Source of the DNA: Chrysomallon squamiferum
Taxonomy: Eukaryota; Animalia; Mollusca
Direction of reading: 5' to 3'
Length of the DNA: 64,000 nucleotides
Assembly: GCA_012295275.1 (NCBI GenBank)
Contig: CM022666.1
Span: forward strand, 1,736,001-1,800,000
Shown here: in pieces, positions 1 to 13,319 of the stretch
How positions within the stretch are numbered: position 1 is the first letter of the stretch
How the letters are laid out: the number at the start of each line of letters is the position of its first letter
The notes under the pieces: generated by a model
What the model saw: only the letters and a program-made list of their open reading frames with translations
What the model was told of the DNA's origin: nothing
Database searches by the model: none
Position numbers and translations under genes: made by a program

Positions 1-36
1 TTTATGTTATTATTATTATTATCATCATCATCATCA

Positions 37-71
<35 letters not shown>

Positions 72-92
72 TAAAATTATTCATCTTATTTA

Positions 93-124
<32 letters not shown>

Positions 125-131
125 TTTACAG

Positions 132-694
132 GAAGACATATACATTCTGCTAGCTGCACAGAAGTATTACCTGGAAAATTCAGACAACATCGAGGAAATC
201 AAAATAGACTTTCTCGTCAAGAACTGGTTCCCCAAAATCTGGCTCGAAGAAAACGGATCGGGATATTTCGTCGAGAAGGTCGTTGACGCCATTAAGCAGA
301 ACTTTTCCGGAAAGGACCGGAACGACACGACAATCAAGTCGGACATCGTCACGTTTGCGCTGGACAAATGGGCTCTGCTCTTTTCCAGGTACTACGACGC
401 CTCGAAGGTCCATAAAATAAGCAAAACTGTTATTAAACTGTGATTAAACATTAATGTGTATGCAAACGTGTGCATGTATGTGTGCTGTTTTTGTCTCTCT
501 CTGTCTCTCTCTCTCTTTCGATATATATGTGTGTGTGTGAGTGTGTGTGTGTGTGCATGTGTGCAGATAGATAGAAAGATAGATAGATGGATAGATAGAT
601 AGACAGATAAACAGACAGACCGATAAATAGATAGATAGATAGATAGATAGATGGATAGATAGATAGACAGATAAACAGACAGACAGACAGATAA

Positions 695-767
<73 letters not shown>

Positions 768-3700
768 TAGAAAGGAAGATAGACAGAGAGGCATATTTAT
801 TTATTTATTTATTTATATTTTTTATTATTCTCATTTTCTGCACCAATGTTCTACACAAATCAGTACAACACATGCTTCCTCATTTTAGGCAAACTTCAGA
901 AAACCCGGTGTCCAAACTTTTCAAATCGTCTTTCAAGCGGGACAAGACTGACACAAGCTGGCAGTTCAGCAAAGAATGCTTAAAGAAACCTTTGCTAAGA
1001 AGAACGATAACCAGGGACGATTTGAAGAGAGTTGCCTGCCGCTGTTTCACTGATATCCTTTCTGAAAATTTCGAACTAAATTTATCTTGCGTTCACGAGC
1101 ATTCTGTGTTGTTTTGTTGTTGTTTTTTGTTACCGTTTAGTTCAGATTGTCTTAATACATTTTTGTATTTTCCAAATTAGTATTGTTTTGAAGTCTCAGC
1201 ATAAAGTACTACGGTAAAAAAAAAAAAAAAAATAATAATAATAATAATAAGACTTAATAGATATCGATAGCTGTATTTTTTAATTTGTTTGTTTGTCTGT
1301 CTTTTGTTTGTCTTTTTTATTTGTTAGTTTATTTAAATGTTTGTTTTTCGTTTTTATTTGTTTGTTTGTTTGCTTATTTCTTTGTTTATTTATTTATTTC
1401 TTTATTTTGAACAGGAAAGTAACTAATAATGGTATATTTCACTCTCTTTTTTTTAGTTTTTATGAACGAAATGCTTGTTCATGTTTTTATCCAGTAGAAC
1501 AGTAGTCATTTCAGTGCTTTTTTTTATTTTCCTTTACTTTCTAACCCATTCAGCAGTATATGGGCGATGTTCCTTTAAAAGAAAACATCACAGAAAGTCA
1601 GCTGGTTGCAGATTTCATTGTTGACCCAACGAGAAGAAATGTACGTAAAACTTACGACTCCATTTGGGTGGGGTTTTGTTTTTTTGTTTTTTTGTTTTTT
1701 GTCTGGATTTATAATTATTGTTACTTTTGTGGTTATTCCTTTTCCTATTGTTGTTCTTCCGATGGTAGTTTTTTTTTATTGTTATTGTTATCGTTGTTGT
1801 TGTTGTTGTTATCATCATCATGATTGATACTGTAATTATTATTACCATCATTATTATTCTTACTATCATAATTATTATTATTGGTATTTTTATTATTGCC
1901 ATCATCATCATCTTTATCATTATTGTTTTTTGTTATCATTGTATCATGCATTTGTAACCAGTTTGTAACACTCTTTACAAAATGGTTAAACTGTGTAACT
2001 AAATAGTTACACAATGTTACAAAATGGTTACAAAATGGTCACACAATGTTACAAAATGGTTACATTATGTTACAAAATGGTTACATTATGTTACTAAATG
2101 GTTACACAACGTTACTTAAATGGTTACACAATGTTACAAAATGGTTACACACGTGTTAACAATAATGTATATTACTTGTTATACTTGCAGAGGTATCTAA
2201 GGGAGGAAATGTTTTGTCAAATGATGAAACAGCTAACAAACAACCCAAGCAGGTTAGACTTTGTTATTTAAAAACTAAAATAAAATAATGTTAAGTCGTT
2301 AGTGCGTGAGTCTGTGTGTTTGTGTTTGTATATGTGTGCGTGCGTGAGTGTGTGATTGTGTGCGCATGCGCGTGCATCTATGTCTATCTCTACGTTGCAT
2401 GTTTTGTTTTGTATGTCCTGTTTTCATCTATTGCTGGTTGACTGGACATTCACTTCGATTCAGTCTGCGGATCATTTTCCCAATCCAACCCGTGTGCTCC
2501 TCAGTTAACACACCAAAGGCCACGCGCGGTTTTTCTACCCAGTATTATACAGGCCGCGTCTACTGCATTGCTTCGAAGTCCGGAACGAATGAAATATAGG
2601 ATATTAAAACCTCTATTCTATTTTATTCTGTCTTTCGTCTTTTATTTATTTTATTTTTTAATTTTTTTGTACAGATCCAGTGAAATGAGAGGATGGCAGT
2701 TAATGATGATCTTGTGCACTACAGGCATCCCAACCAGCGAGCTTATAGACGAGTGCCAGAAGTTCTTCAGAACCAGGAAATCTAACGACGAGGCCCAGGA
2801 ATGTCTTGACAGACTGGTCAAGTGTAACGAGTACGTTTCTTCCATTCTGAGTCTTTATGGGCGCGTGTGGGTATATTTACCGTGTGTAAAAAGTGCGAGT
2901 TTGTATGTATGTATGTATGTATGCGTGTGTGTATCATTTATGTGTTGTTTTAGTGTTTGAATGTCTGTGTGTGTGTGTGTTTATGATACAGTGTGCATAC
3001 AGCTGTGTTGTTGTTGTATGACAGCGTGTTTGTGTGTGTGTGAAGGTATGTGTACGTATAACTGAGAAGTGTCTGCAGTTGTGTTGTTAATTGTATGTGT
3101 TACGTGACAGTGTGCGCGTGAATGACTGTGTGTATTTTGATTTCTCTGCATGCAGGTGTCTGCAGTTGTGTGTGTGATACATAGACAGACATCATCTATT
3201 GTGACGTTTGAAACGACGAGTAATCCAAACAGTTGCACTAAAATAAACAGATATACGTATATGCCACACACGAAGGTGTACACACACATACATACTGATA
3301 TATATACACAACGAAACACAAACAAACTGACAGACACATGTATATGCACCCAAACACGCAGACACAGACAGATTTTTCGTCTTATTTAAAAAAATATATA
3401 TATATATTTCATTTCTGAATTCAGCAATTAATAACTGATAGTTTGAGCCAGCTGTTGTTTTTTTTAAATTATAGTAACTATAGTTTTAACAAAAATGAAC
3501 ACAGCTTGCAAAACTGAAGCGTTTATAGTCTGCGTTTTTTTTTGCTTTTTCTTCTTTTTTTTTCTGATGTAAATAGCTTTGATAATTTCCATAACTAAAA
3601 GTTGTGGTAAACAATCTTACCTGGTTAAAAACAGATTTCATGTAAATGACCGCTTAAGTTTGGAGTTTAAAGAAAGATTTATGGCCAGGACTGTTATAAA

Positions 3701-3998
3701 AATGGTTTTCTATTATAGATATGTCTGTGTGTCGGTATAACTGTAGTGTGGTATTCTGGTTCATTATTATTAATAGCTAACGTATATTTTGTTCCCTTGT
3801 CATTTCAGACAAGGTTGTCGACATTATGCCCCTCTTGATATAGAATATGACATGCTGACATCGAAACAGTCACATATTCGTGTTCACATAGTGATACCAG
3901 ATGGAACAAAACAGGTACAACTAATGCAATATGTGTGTGTGTGCGTAAGTCTACTGTGAGTTTATACGTTTATGAGATTAAGCTGCATTTGTAGAGAA

Positions 3999-4079
<81 letters not shown>

Positions 4080-4092
4080 GAGAAAGAGAGAG

Positions 4093-4161
<69 letters not shown>

Positions 4162-6210
4162 AATATAGTCAGAGGTTTGTTGACATGAAGATCAGAACAG
4201 TATATTATTCATTCATTTCTTAATTCATATTTTCAGAGCTCATCCCATTTGTTCTGTAAATAAAGTTGAAACATTTCGAAAAATGGAAAAAACAAGTTGT
4301 TTACTTCAGCAAATAACACTTGACAGCTGTTGAAATACAACAACATATACTGCTAATGTTTGGGTGTGTCGTAGAACAGCAGCAGTAATAATAATAATAA
4401 TAATAGTAATAATAATAACAATAACAATAATAATAATAATAACAATAATAATAATAATAATAATAGTAATAATAATAAGAAGAAATAGCTAGATCGTTAG
4501 TTAGATAGAAAGAAAAATAGACACACTGTCAGATATAGATAGATGGATGGATGGATGAATGGATGGATGGATGGATGGATGGATAGATGGATGGATGGAT
4601 GGATGGATGGATAGATAGATGGATGGATAGATGGATAGATAGATAGGTGGATAGATAGATTGACGGATGCTGGTTGAGAAAAACGGCGACATGTTGTAAT
4701 GGAAATAATAATCAAATCTCAATCTGTATCATGATGGTTGTTGTCTATTTCTAAATAATTAACCTATTCTTATATATTTAGACTGCTGAGGTGAATTCAT
4801 TAACAAGAATCACTGACATCAAACGGGAAGTCTGCAAAATGCTTAACCTGAAAACTACAGAAGAATACAGTATAGTGTTGTGTGTTTCCAAGAAAGGTAA
4901 AAAAAAAAAATAAAAATAAAAAAATTAACGAAAACAGAGACGTACCTGGTATAAAAACTAGCCCAAAATGTGTAAGGATTAAGCAGATCTGTGATTTCCA
5001 GATCTAACAATTAGTGGGTGTTCGTTTAATTTAATTCAACTTAATAAGACCTGAACCAAATGGGGTGATATTGTTGTCTAACAGTTTTGGTAACTGTACG
5101 AAAATCGTGTGATACTGCAGTCTCGTTGATAGCTATCGTAACTGTATATGTTTAATTTTCATTTAAAGCTTTTATTGCTTGAAAAAAAAAAGAATAAAAA
5201 AATACAAACAAACAATAAAAGCAAAAAAACAAACAAAAAACAATTTGAGTTTACGAGGACCAGGATAGCCGGAAAAGAATCATTAGACCACACAAAAAAT
5301 CGAGATTCAGATTTATGTTTTGAGCACTCACATTATCTCTTGTCAAACTGTACGCAGTATTCATTTATATATCACTAATGTCTGAATAGTACTCAATTCC
5401 TCACTGTCACTTATACACAACAATCGTATTCGTATCATTACTAGTCGAAAACAACATGAATCTCCTGTCACTACATACAAAAATAATTTCCTGTCAGTAC
5501 AGAAAACAAAACAAAAATCACTTTGCTGTCATTCCTGCACACAAATTCACTTGAGTCACTAGTTCACACACATTAATTCCATTGTCGCTCGAACATATAA
5601 ATTCACTTTTCTATCACCGTAAAAATAAAAAAAATTTACTTCCCTGTCACTAGTACATAGCAATTCACTTCAATCTCATTAATGCAATAAAATTCATTTT
5701 AATTTACGTGATATTTCCAGTTCATGCTCTGTCTCCAAAAAGCTACTACTTCGACTGCATTGGACATGCTAATGCATTCTGGATGCCCAGTAAGTGTTTA
5801 TTAAAATTAAAACAATAAAGGCTGTTTTTATTTAAAATGGTCATCGTTTCAGAAAACACCAGTCTTTATGAAACGTACCAAAACATTTTTATCTGACTAA
5901 ATAATTACGTTTGACACGTTAGGTATTAAATTTTAATTACGCAGAAAGTGTCATTTTCATATCCTCAAAAAAGTATATACTAAATTTTTCTTTGACTAAA
6001 TCGAAATAATTTCAAAATTTAAGAATTTCTACGCTGTTTTTTTTTTTTTCTTGGATTGTTGCTTTGAAGTAAAAACTCGATGTTTTGTTTGTGATTTCAG
6101 AACATTCATCGTCGGAACTCCCAGTTTTGGTGATGCTGAAAAAAATCTGGGTGAATTCTGAGCCTGGTATTGATCATGTTGCAGACAGCAATTTCCATTT
6201 CCCACAGGTA

Positions 6211-6245
<35 letters not shown>

Positions 6246-7061
6246 TGTGTGTAGGTATGCACGTGTATATATATACAGCAGTTCTCGCATGGTGTACCAG
6301 TGTCGTATCATGATACAATTAGCTTGAAGTATCTCACAGAAACTGTCGCAATTTTTCTTAATAGCGAACGGAAAAATGAAATTATCCATTTTGATCCATG
6401 ATTATATTATTGAGTGAGATTAATATTTTATTTCATTTTTCTGCTGATCTGGTTTGTGTATGTTAAGCTGTTTGTCTGGTTAAGTGTTTCTGTGTTAATA
6501 AGTCACGCAGTTAGACAATGAACTGATTGACATTTGCATCCATTTATCTATATTTGCCTATGATTCACCACATCTTTTTCAAATTGTTTCTCTATCTCTG
6601 CCTATATGTTTGTCTATTCATGTGTTTCTCATTATAGATACTCTTGTTTTTATTTGTTTTGTTTGTTGTTGTTTTTTGGGTGTGTGTGGGTTTTTTTTTC
6701 GGGGGGTATTGTTGTTCCTTCTTTCTTTTTAATATAAAGAATAATTTAAAAAATAAAAAAAGACTCCTGAAAAACAGTGAAATAATTACACCTTTAAAAC
6801 TTCATTCCTGTCTATAATCTAATAATAGTATTAACTTCATACTTCTTCACTTTTGTTGTTGTTGTTGTTATTTATTTATTTATTTATTTATTTTTTCACT
6901 TGCAGGAATTACCAAATTACCTCCGCGGATATCACCAATGTTCCAAAGAAGATGCTGCCAAACTGGCTGCTCTCGTGTACAGAGCCAAATTTGGAAGTGA
7001 TAAAACCGGACTCTCCAAATTTCCGTACGTCGTCAAATAACAAGATTTGTGCCTTGTGCTA

Positions 7062-7152
<91 letters not shown>

Positions 7153-8284
7153 GGGTTTTTTTTATTTATTTTATTTTATTTTATTTTATATTTTAGACAT
7201 GTAATCTTAATTAATAATGAAGTATAAAACAAAAGAGTAGCCATTATTTTTCTGTACCCATGACGTCACTGAGTACAAGGCAGACTGAATTGCACTAACA
7301 TGTTTTCTAGTTTTTTTTTTGAAACAAAATAGAACTATTTAGATGTAGAAATGACTGCACCGAAAATTTTATAAAAGTATTATGCTACTGTCACACTTTA
7401 TTCTGAATAGTGACAGGTCAACACAACCAATAAAATAATAAACTTGAAAGCAGAAAGAATTTCATTACATCGTTTATGTGTACCATTATCTGTAGGTTTA
7501 TATATACACGACATAAGTACATTGTTTTTTTTTTTTTTTTTTTTTTTTTTGGTGGATTTTTGTTGTCTCGTAGGTCTAGATTCCTGCAACATTTATTTTA
7601 ATTTTATTTTCAGTGAAATTGCTCCTTCAATATTACCCAGTACACTTCTGAAAGCCGAGTCCATGGAATACTGGCAAGAGGTTAGTACGTTAGTTTAATA
7701 CGCTGGTCAGCAAGTTAGTATTATACATCCATGTTAGTTAGTGGTATATGCAGATTAGCAAACTGGTATCGTATGTGAGTTAGCAAGTTAGGATTATAGT
7801 ATCTACTAAGTTAGGATTATATCAAAGTTAGTAAGTTTGTATTATAAATGTGTTAGTGAGTCAGTGCAATACACGGTTAGTAAGTTAGTATTATACATGG
7901 GTCAATACGTTAATATTAAAAATGGTTACCAAATTAGGACTATACCTAAGTCAGTAAAATAGTTTTTATATACGGATCAGTAAATTACTATTAAATGTGA
8001 CTTAGTAAGTATAATATATGGGTTAGCAGGTTAGTATCACACATCGGTTATTAAGATAGTATTACAGACGATTAATAAGTTAGTACTATTTACGTGATAA
8101 TTTTTTAAATTGGATATTATTAGGTTTTTACACTGTCATTTTATTCAGAGTGTCAGTAAATGTTACCATGACAACGATTCCGTACCTCTGACGTCAGATG
8201 CAGCAAAGACTGAGTTTCTCAAGATACTACATAAACAGCCAACGTATGGATGTGTTTTCTTTGAAGTGAAGGTAAGCTGTTCTG

Positions 8285-8365
<81 letters not shown>

Positions 8366-9668
8366 TAATAATAATGATTCAAAATTTTTACTGAAATTAA
8401 AATTTTATCCTTCTTAATTTGTCTCTCCTATGTACCTATTCTACTATTTATTTAGTATATGTCATATTGTCGTAATTGAGGTATTTATATGTTCCTGATT
8501 ACAGCAAAGAACACAAAAAAAACTTCCGAAGGATGTCATTGTTGCACTGAACCTAAACGGTCTCCATTTTATAGATCCTAAAACACAGGTAACTAAATAA
8601 AAGCAGTGGCAACAACGTCAGCAACGCTACTATACTACTACTACTACTACTACTAATAATAATAATAATAACAATGATAATGATGACGACAATTTCTAGG
8701 GTTATATCTACATTTATGCTACATTTATATCAGTGGTATATGACAATAACGATATTAAAACAGTCAGTATTTTCTATGCGGATATACCACCAAATTTATA
8801 AAATATTCATATATTGCATGATATATTTTACATCAACAGAACAATCTACATATAATTTACGTAAGATAACGAGCATTTTCACCAAGTATGATTTCCAGAA
8901 AATTGTAGTGTGTCACCGTCATTTATGAAATATTAACACATTATATATTTTATTACGACAGAACATTAACTTTTCGACTAATAGCAAAATGTATGATAAC
9001 ACACCATTACATTTATAAAATATTAATAAACTGTTTAATATATTTTATTAAAACAGAACATTCTGACTACCTACGATTTCCACAAAATTCCAAACTGGAC
9101 ATACGATGAGGATTCGCTGACTCTGATAATCACAGAGGGAAACCAGTCGACCAAGATTTTACTGGAGACCAAACTGGTAAATTCTGTTTCTTACTAAAAT
9201 ACAGTAGTACCCTGTACCTCAGTTGCATCTTGTGTTAGTCATGGGTTCTATCTTGCTTGGAGAGCAAACAATTAATTTGTACGTTCTTCTTGAGTTGTAG
9301 GTGTATCAAAAGCTGTGATATATAATTCGTCGTCTATTTGATGTTTATTGACAAGGAATACCGTGTTTGGAAATAGCGAGCTTTTTTCTCTTAAATTCTA
9401 ATGTTATATCAAAGGAATGAAATGTCTGATTTGACAGCACATTCGAAAAAAACAAAAAATATATATATATTTATGCTTATATGGTTAAAGTCACAACACA
9501 CGTACATTCATCCTAAGGAAAATAAAACACTTTCATTATATTTTCTCTTTATTGCAGGGACACAATATGGACGATGTTATAATGTCGTACATTGGCTGGC
9601 TCATGAACGCTCAGATGAGAGAGAAGAAGGGATTCGCTGGTTATCCTATAGGCGAGAGTCACTGTTAA
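132..9668 (+). CDS. Unconventional myosin VII-family tail (end of FERM1, MyTH4-2, FERM2); 5' part lies upstream of the window. Exons: 132-388 (or 407), 889-1052, 1546-1640, 2191-2252, 2675-2830, 3809-3914, 4782-4896, 5721-5789, 6101-6207, 6906-7024, 7614-7680, 8149-8271, 8505-8588, 9057-9176, 9558-9668
   Basis: Hand-spliced, phase-consistent exons give motifs matching myosin VIIa from memory: [132 protein letters not shown]. Stop TAA at 9666-9668. Divergent, so probably a paralog; no gene symbol assigned. Confidence 0.93.
534..790. repeat. Compound (GT)n/(GATA)n/(GACA)n microsatellite
   Basis: Read directly from the sequence. Confidence 0.95.
1053..1545 (+). other. U12-type (minor spliceosome) AT-AC intron in the myosin VII-like gene
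   Basis: 5' end ATATCCTTT at 1053; branch-point-like TTCCTTTAC at 1529-1537; AC at 1544-1545. Removal gives in-frame ACRCFT-AIQQYMGD, which aligns with myosin VII ACLAFIAVLKYMGD. Confidence 0.92.
1975..2150. repeat. About 21-bp intronic minisatellite (GTTACAAAATGGTTACACAAT-like)
   Basis: About 7 imperfect tandem copies visible. Confidence 0.85.
5395..5700. repeat. Degenerate ~30-35 bp tandem repeat (AATTCACTT...CTGTCACTAG-like)
   Basis: Recurrent AATTCAC/CTGTCAC motifs leading up to the acceptor at 5720. Confidence 0.6.
7681..8090. repeat. Degenerate ~24-bp repeat (GTTAGTAAGTTAGTATTATA-like) starting at the splice donor
   Basis: Many GTTAGT/GTTAGC units immediately after the exon end at 7680. 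Confidence 0.7.
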
Positions 9669-10736
9669 TTTGACTGTTACAGAACTGTGACCCGTTTCAC
9701 AAACTTAACCATCGACGATTACACAAACGTAATAATTGTTTTGGTGTGGGTTTTTTAATGATGAAATACGCAAGAACTGTTTCATACGTTTAGAAAGAAA
9801 AGAATATATTAACAGTGGCAGACAGATGCTGGTAATTTTACCATCAAAGAAACATTCGATAACGTTAATATTTTCACTTTGTGGCCTCTGTGTTCCAAAT
9901 ACTCGAGTTGTTGTAGCTGTAATTCAGTGAAGAAAATATTGATGTTACTAACCACTGCTGAACAACAAAAACACTTGAGTGTATCAGAATTATCGACATT
10001 TTATAATATTTGTTCTGAGCACCACTGCATAAATACAAGGAACCATTGTCTTGGGAAGTATTCCAAGAGGTTTTTATGCTAAAATTGTATAAAAAAAAAA
10101 AACCTGTAATATCTTCAGACAGCACCAGTGAATGAGTGTAAGACACAACTATGGAATAATAGTAGTCTTTGATATATCCTCCTAAAGAATTTTTGATGTT
10201 CTTTAAAAAAAAAATATATACATATATAAGTAATATGTACATATATATATATATATACACGCATGCAGGCACACACACATACATATATACATACATATAT
10301 ATATATACATAACTGTACATTGATATGCTTCTTTGACTAAAGTACCTATTGTATATAAATATATGTAAAAAGAAGAAAGAAAAGGGGGCTGACAGAGATA
10401 CAGTGTGAAAAAGAAATATTGTTATCACAAAACACAACTATAAACATCAAAACAAATTAATATTCAACAACTCTTACAAACACATCTTAGTACTATTTCA
10501 GATCACAGGTTCTTGAATTTTTATTTTTCAGCACTCATTTCAAAGAATTTTAAATTGTGATCCCTCTAGGTAAAATATTGCACCAGTGATAAAACTGCTC
10601 TTTATTATGTAGTGTAGTTTTAAGCATTTATATGTTACAAGCACATAGCTTTTATTTTTATTCTGTTCTCAGTGTTACAAGGACATGCTGTCAAGAAGGA
10701 GTAAACTATGACTTCATTATAATAATAATAATGATA

Positions 10737-10794
<58 letters not shown>

Positions 10795-11079
10795 TAATAA
10801 TAATAAAATAAAAATGAAAATGATAATAATAATGATGATGAAAATGATAATGAAAATGATATTAATGAAAATAATAATGATAATGATAATAATGAAAATG
10901 ATGATGATAATGATAATAATAATAATAATAATAAAATGATAATAATGATGATAATATGAAAATAAGCAGCTGCAGCCATTTCTGGGGTTACTCCTACTCA
11001 GAGCAGAAATGTATCTTGAAATACCTGCTCCCTTTGTTTTCTCATTTCTTTATATGATACGTTTATAATTCTTAATTTA

Positions 11080-11134
<55 letters not shown>

Positions 11135-12219
11135 TTATTTTCTTAAATCATTCAAAAGCAGATATTGAGAAAAAAAAAATGAAAATAATAAACTAGTAGA
11201 TATTAAATTTTAAATTTTTAAATAATTTATTATATAATCCTTCAGTTATATTTCATTTTCCATATCATTCTCAGTTAACTGAAAAATGTTCTTAATGTTT
11301 AGATGCTTGCATATTCAGATCTGAGTTTTTCTGTGTATAAATATCTTTGTATTATCTGCTGTTAAATTCTGTGAGAATTATTATTTACTTTTAAAAACAA
11401 ATGTGTGTTTGTTTATATATCTCTATTTTTTATAATGTATTGTTATTTTGGCTACATGTTTTGTATATTATTTTGATCTGTTGCCCTGATTTTGATCTGA
11501 TTTGAATTTTCCATGTTGCTGTGTTATTACATTTTGTAAATCAGTTCTCCCAGATTAATGCTTCAAAATCTGTGTATATGTATGTATGTATTATGCATGT
11601 ATCTAGCTATTTATATATGTAGGTATGTATGTATATTTCTTTGCCTTTGTTTTTCACTTCTTTTTCTTATCATCTCTCTCACTTTCTCTTAACACACACA
11701 ATTCAATTCATCAAAATAGTACAACGCAAAATATAATTATTCATCATTTAATAAAATGGTCATCTATACAATATTTTCATGTATTTTATGATGACAATGA
11801 TGTAATAATCAGATTTTATTTTGTATTTTATATTCTTAATACAAAACATTTTAAAAAATGCTTCTAAAAATTTTTACATATATTTTTTACAATTGTTTAT
11901 GCATTATTTTTGCAGATAAAAGAATTTTATGCATTAATAAATTGATTTATAAATTAAAATAATGTATTTGTACTTTTTGCTCTCTCGCTCTCTCTCTCTC
12001 TCTCTTTCTCTCTCTGTTTCTCTCATTATTGGTGAAAAACACAACAAATACCAAATGCATTTTATATAATATATTCTATATTATGCTATATCTGGAATAA
12101 ATTTGATTAACTTATACAAACACTTCTTCGTATAAATATTATCTGAGTCTGTATATTTATCTTCTGTGCCTTCATCAGCAAAATCTCTGTATATGTGTAC
12201 ATAAGTACAAATGTCTGTG

Positions 12220-12266
<47 letters not shown>

Positions 12267-12542
12267 ACAAATCATCAAACTATGACTTGTAATATTTTTG
12301 GCTCGATTAAAGGATAAGGACTAAAGTTAAACACACACATACACACACAGACATATTGTAAAAAAATACATATATCTATACATACACACATACATTAATA
12401 TATATATATATACATATATGTATGTATATATTTATGTAAGTGAAGCATAAATAATTAACATCAGATTTGCTGAAATCATTTGATCAAATTCAGAAATGAA
12501 CTAATTACATAATCACTCTATCTGCTTTCTATGTGAAATGTT

Positions 12543-12596
<54 letters not shown>

Positions 12597-12736
12597 CACA
12601 CACATACAAACACACATCCTACTCTGGCTGACAGTAGTTTTGTAATGTTTTTGTATTTCACACAGATATATATATCTATCTATATATGCATACACACAAA
12701 CATATCTATATCTATATCTCTCTATCTATCTATATA

Positions 12737-12776
<40 letters not shown>

Positions 12777-13319
12777 CTTACACACACACACACACACACA
12801 CGTATCATACAGAACCAGAAACTAGGGATATCAAATTTTTAGTAAATACATTGAAAAAATTAAGAACATTTTATAAAATATAATATTGCAGATGAATGCA
12901 TATGAAGCATGCATGTACACAAATGCTGACTAGAGCACAGTAATATTTGAAGTAATAGTTGGAAAAATACTGGGGGGGGGGTTGTGGGATTTTTTGTTCG
13001 TTTTGTGTTTTTGCATGAAGAGTAAAATTGTTTATTATTTATTTATTTATTTAGTTATTTACTTTATTTATTTATTATGCTATAAAATTTTTATTTTTAT
13101 TTTTTATTTTTTATAAATGGTTCTATTTAGAATAAAATGCAGTCTGAATAACTATTTTACATACATATACACATTATTTTATATATATATATATATATAC
13201 ATACATTTTTCCAATGTGTAAATGTTTATTAAAAAAAAAGAGATATCATATAATACTTATCTGTTTTGGGAGATACATATATATATATTTTTCATTCAAA
13301 GCAAAAACATATTTAGTAA

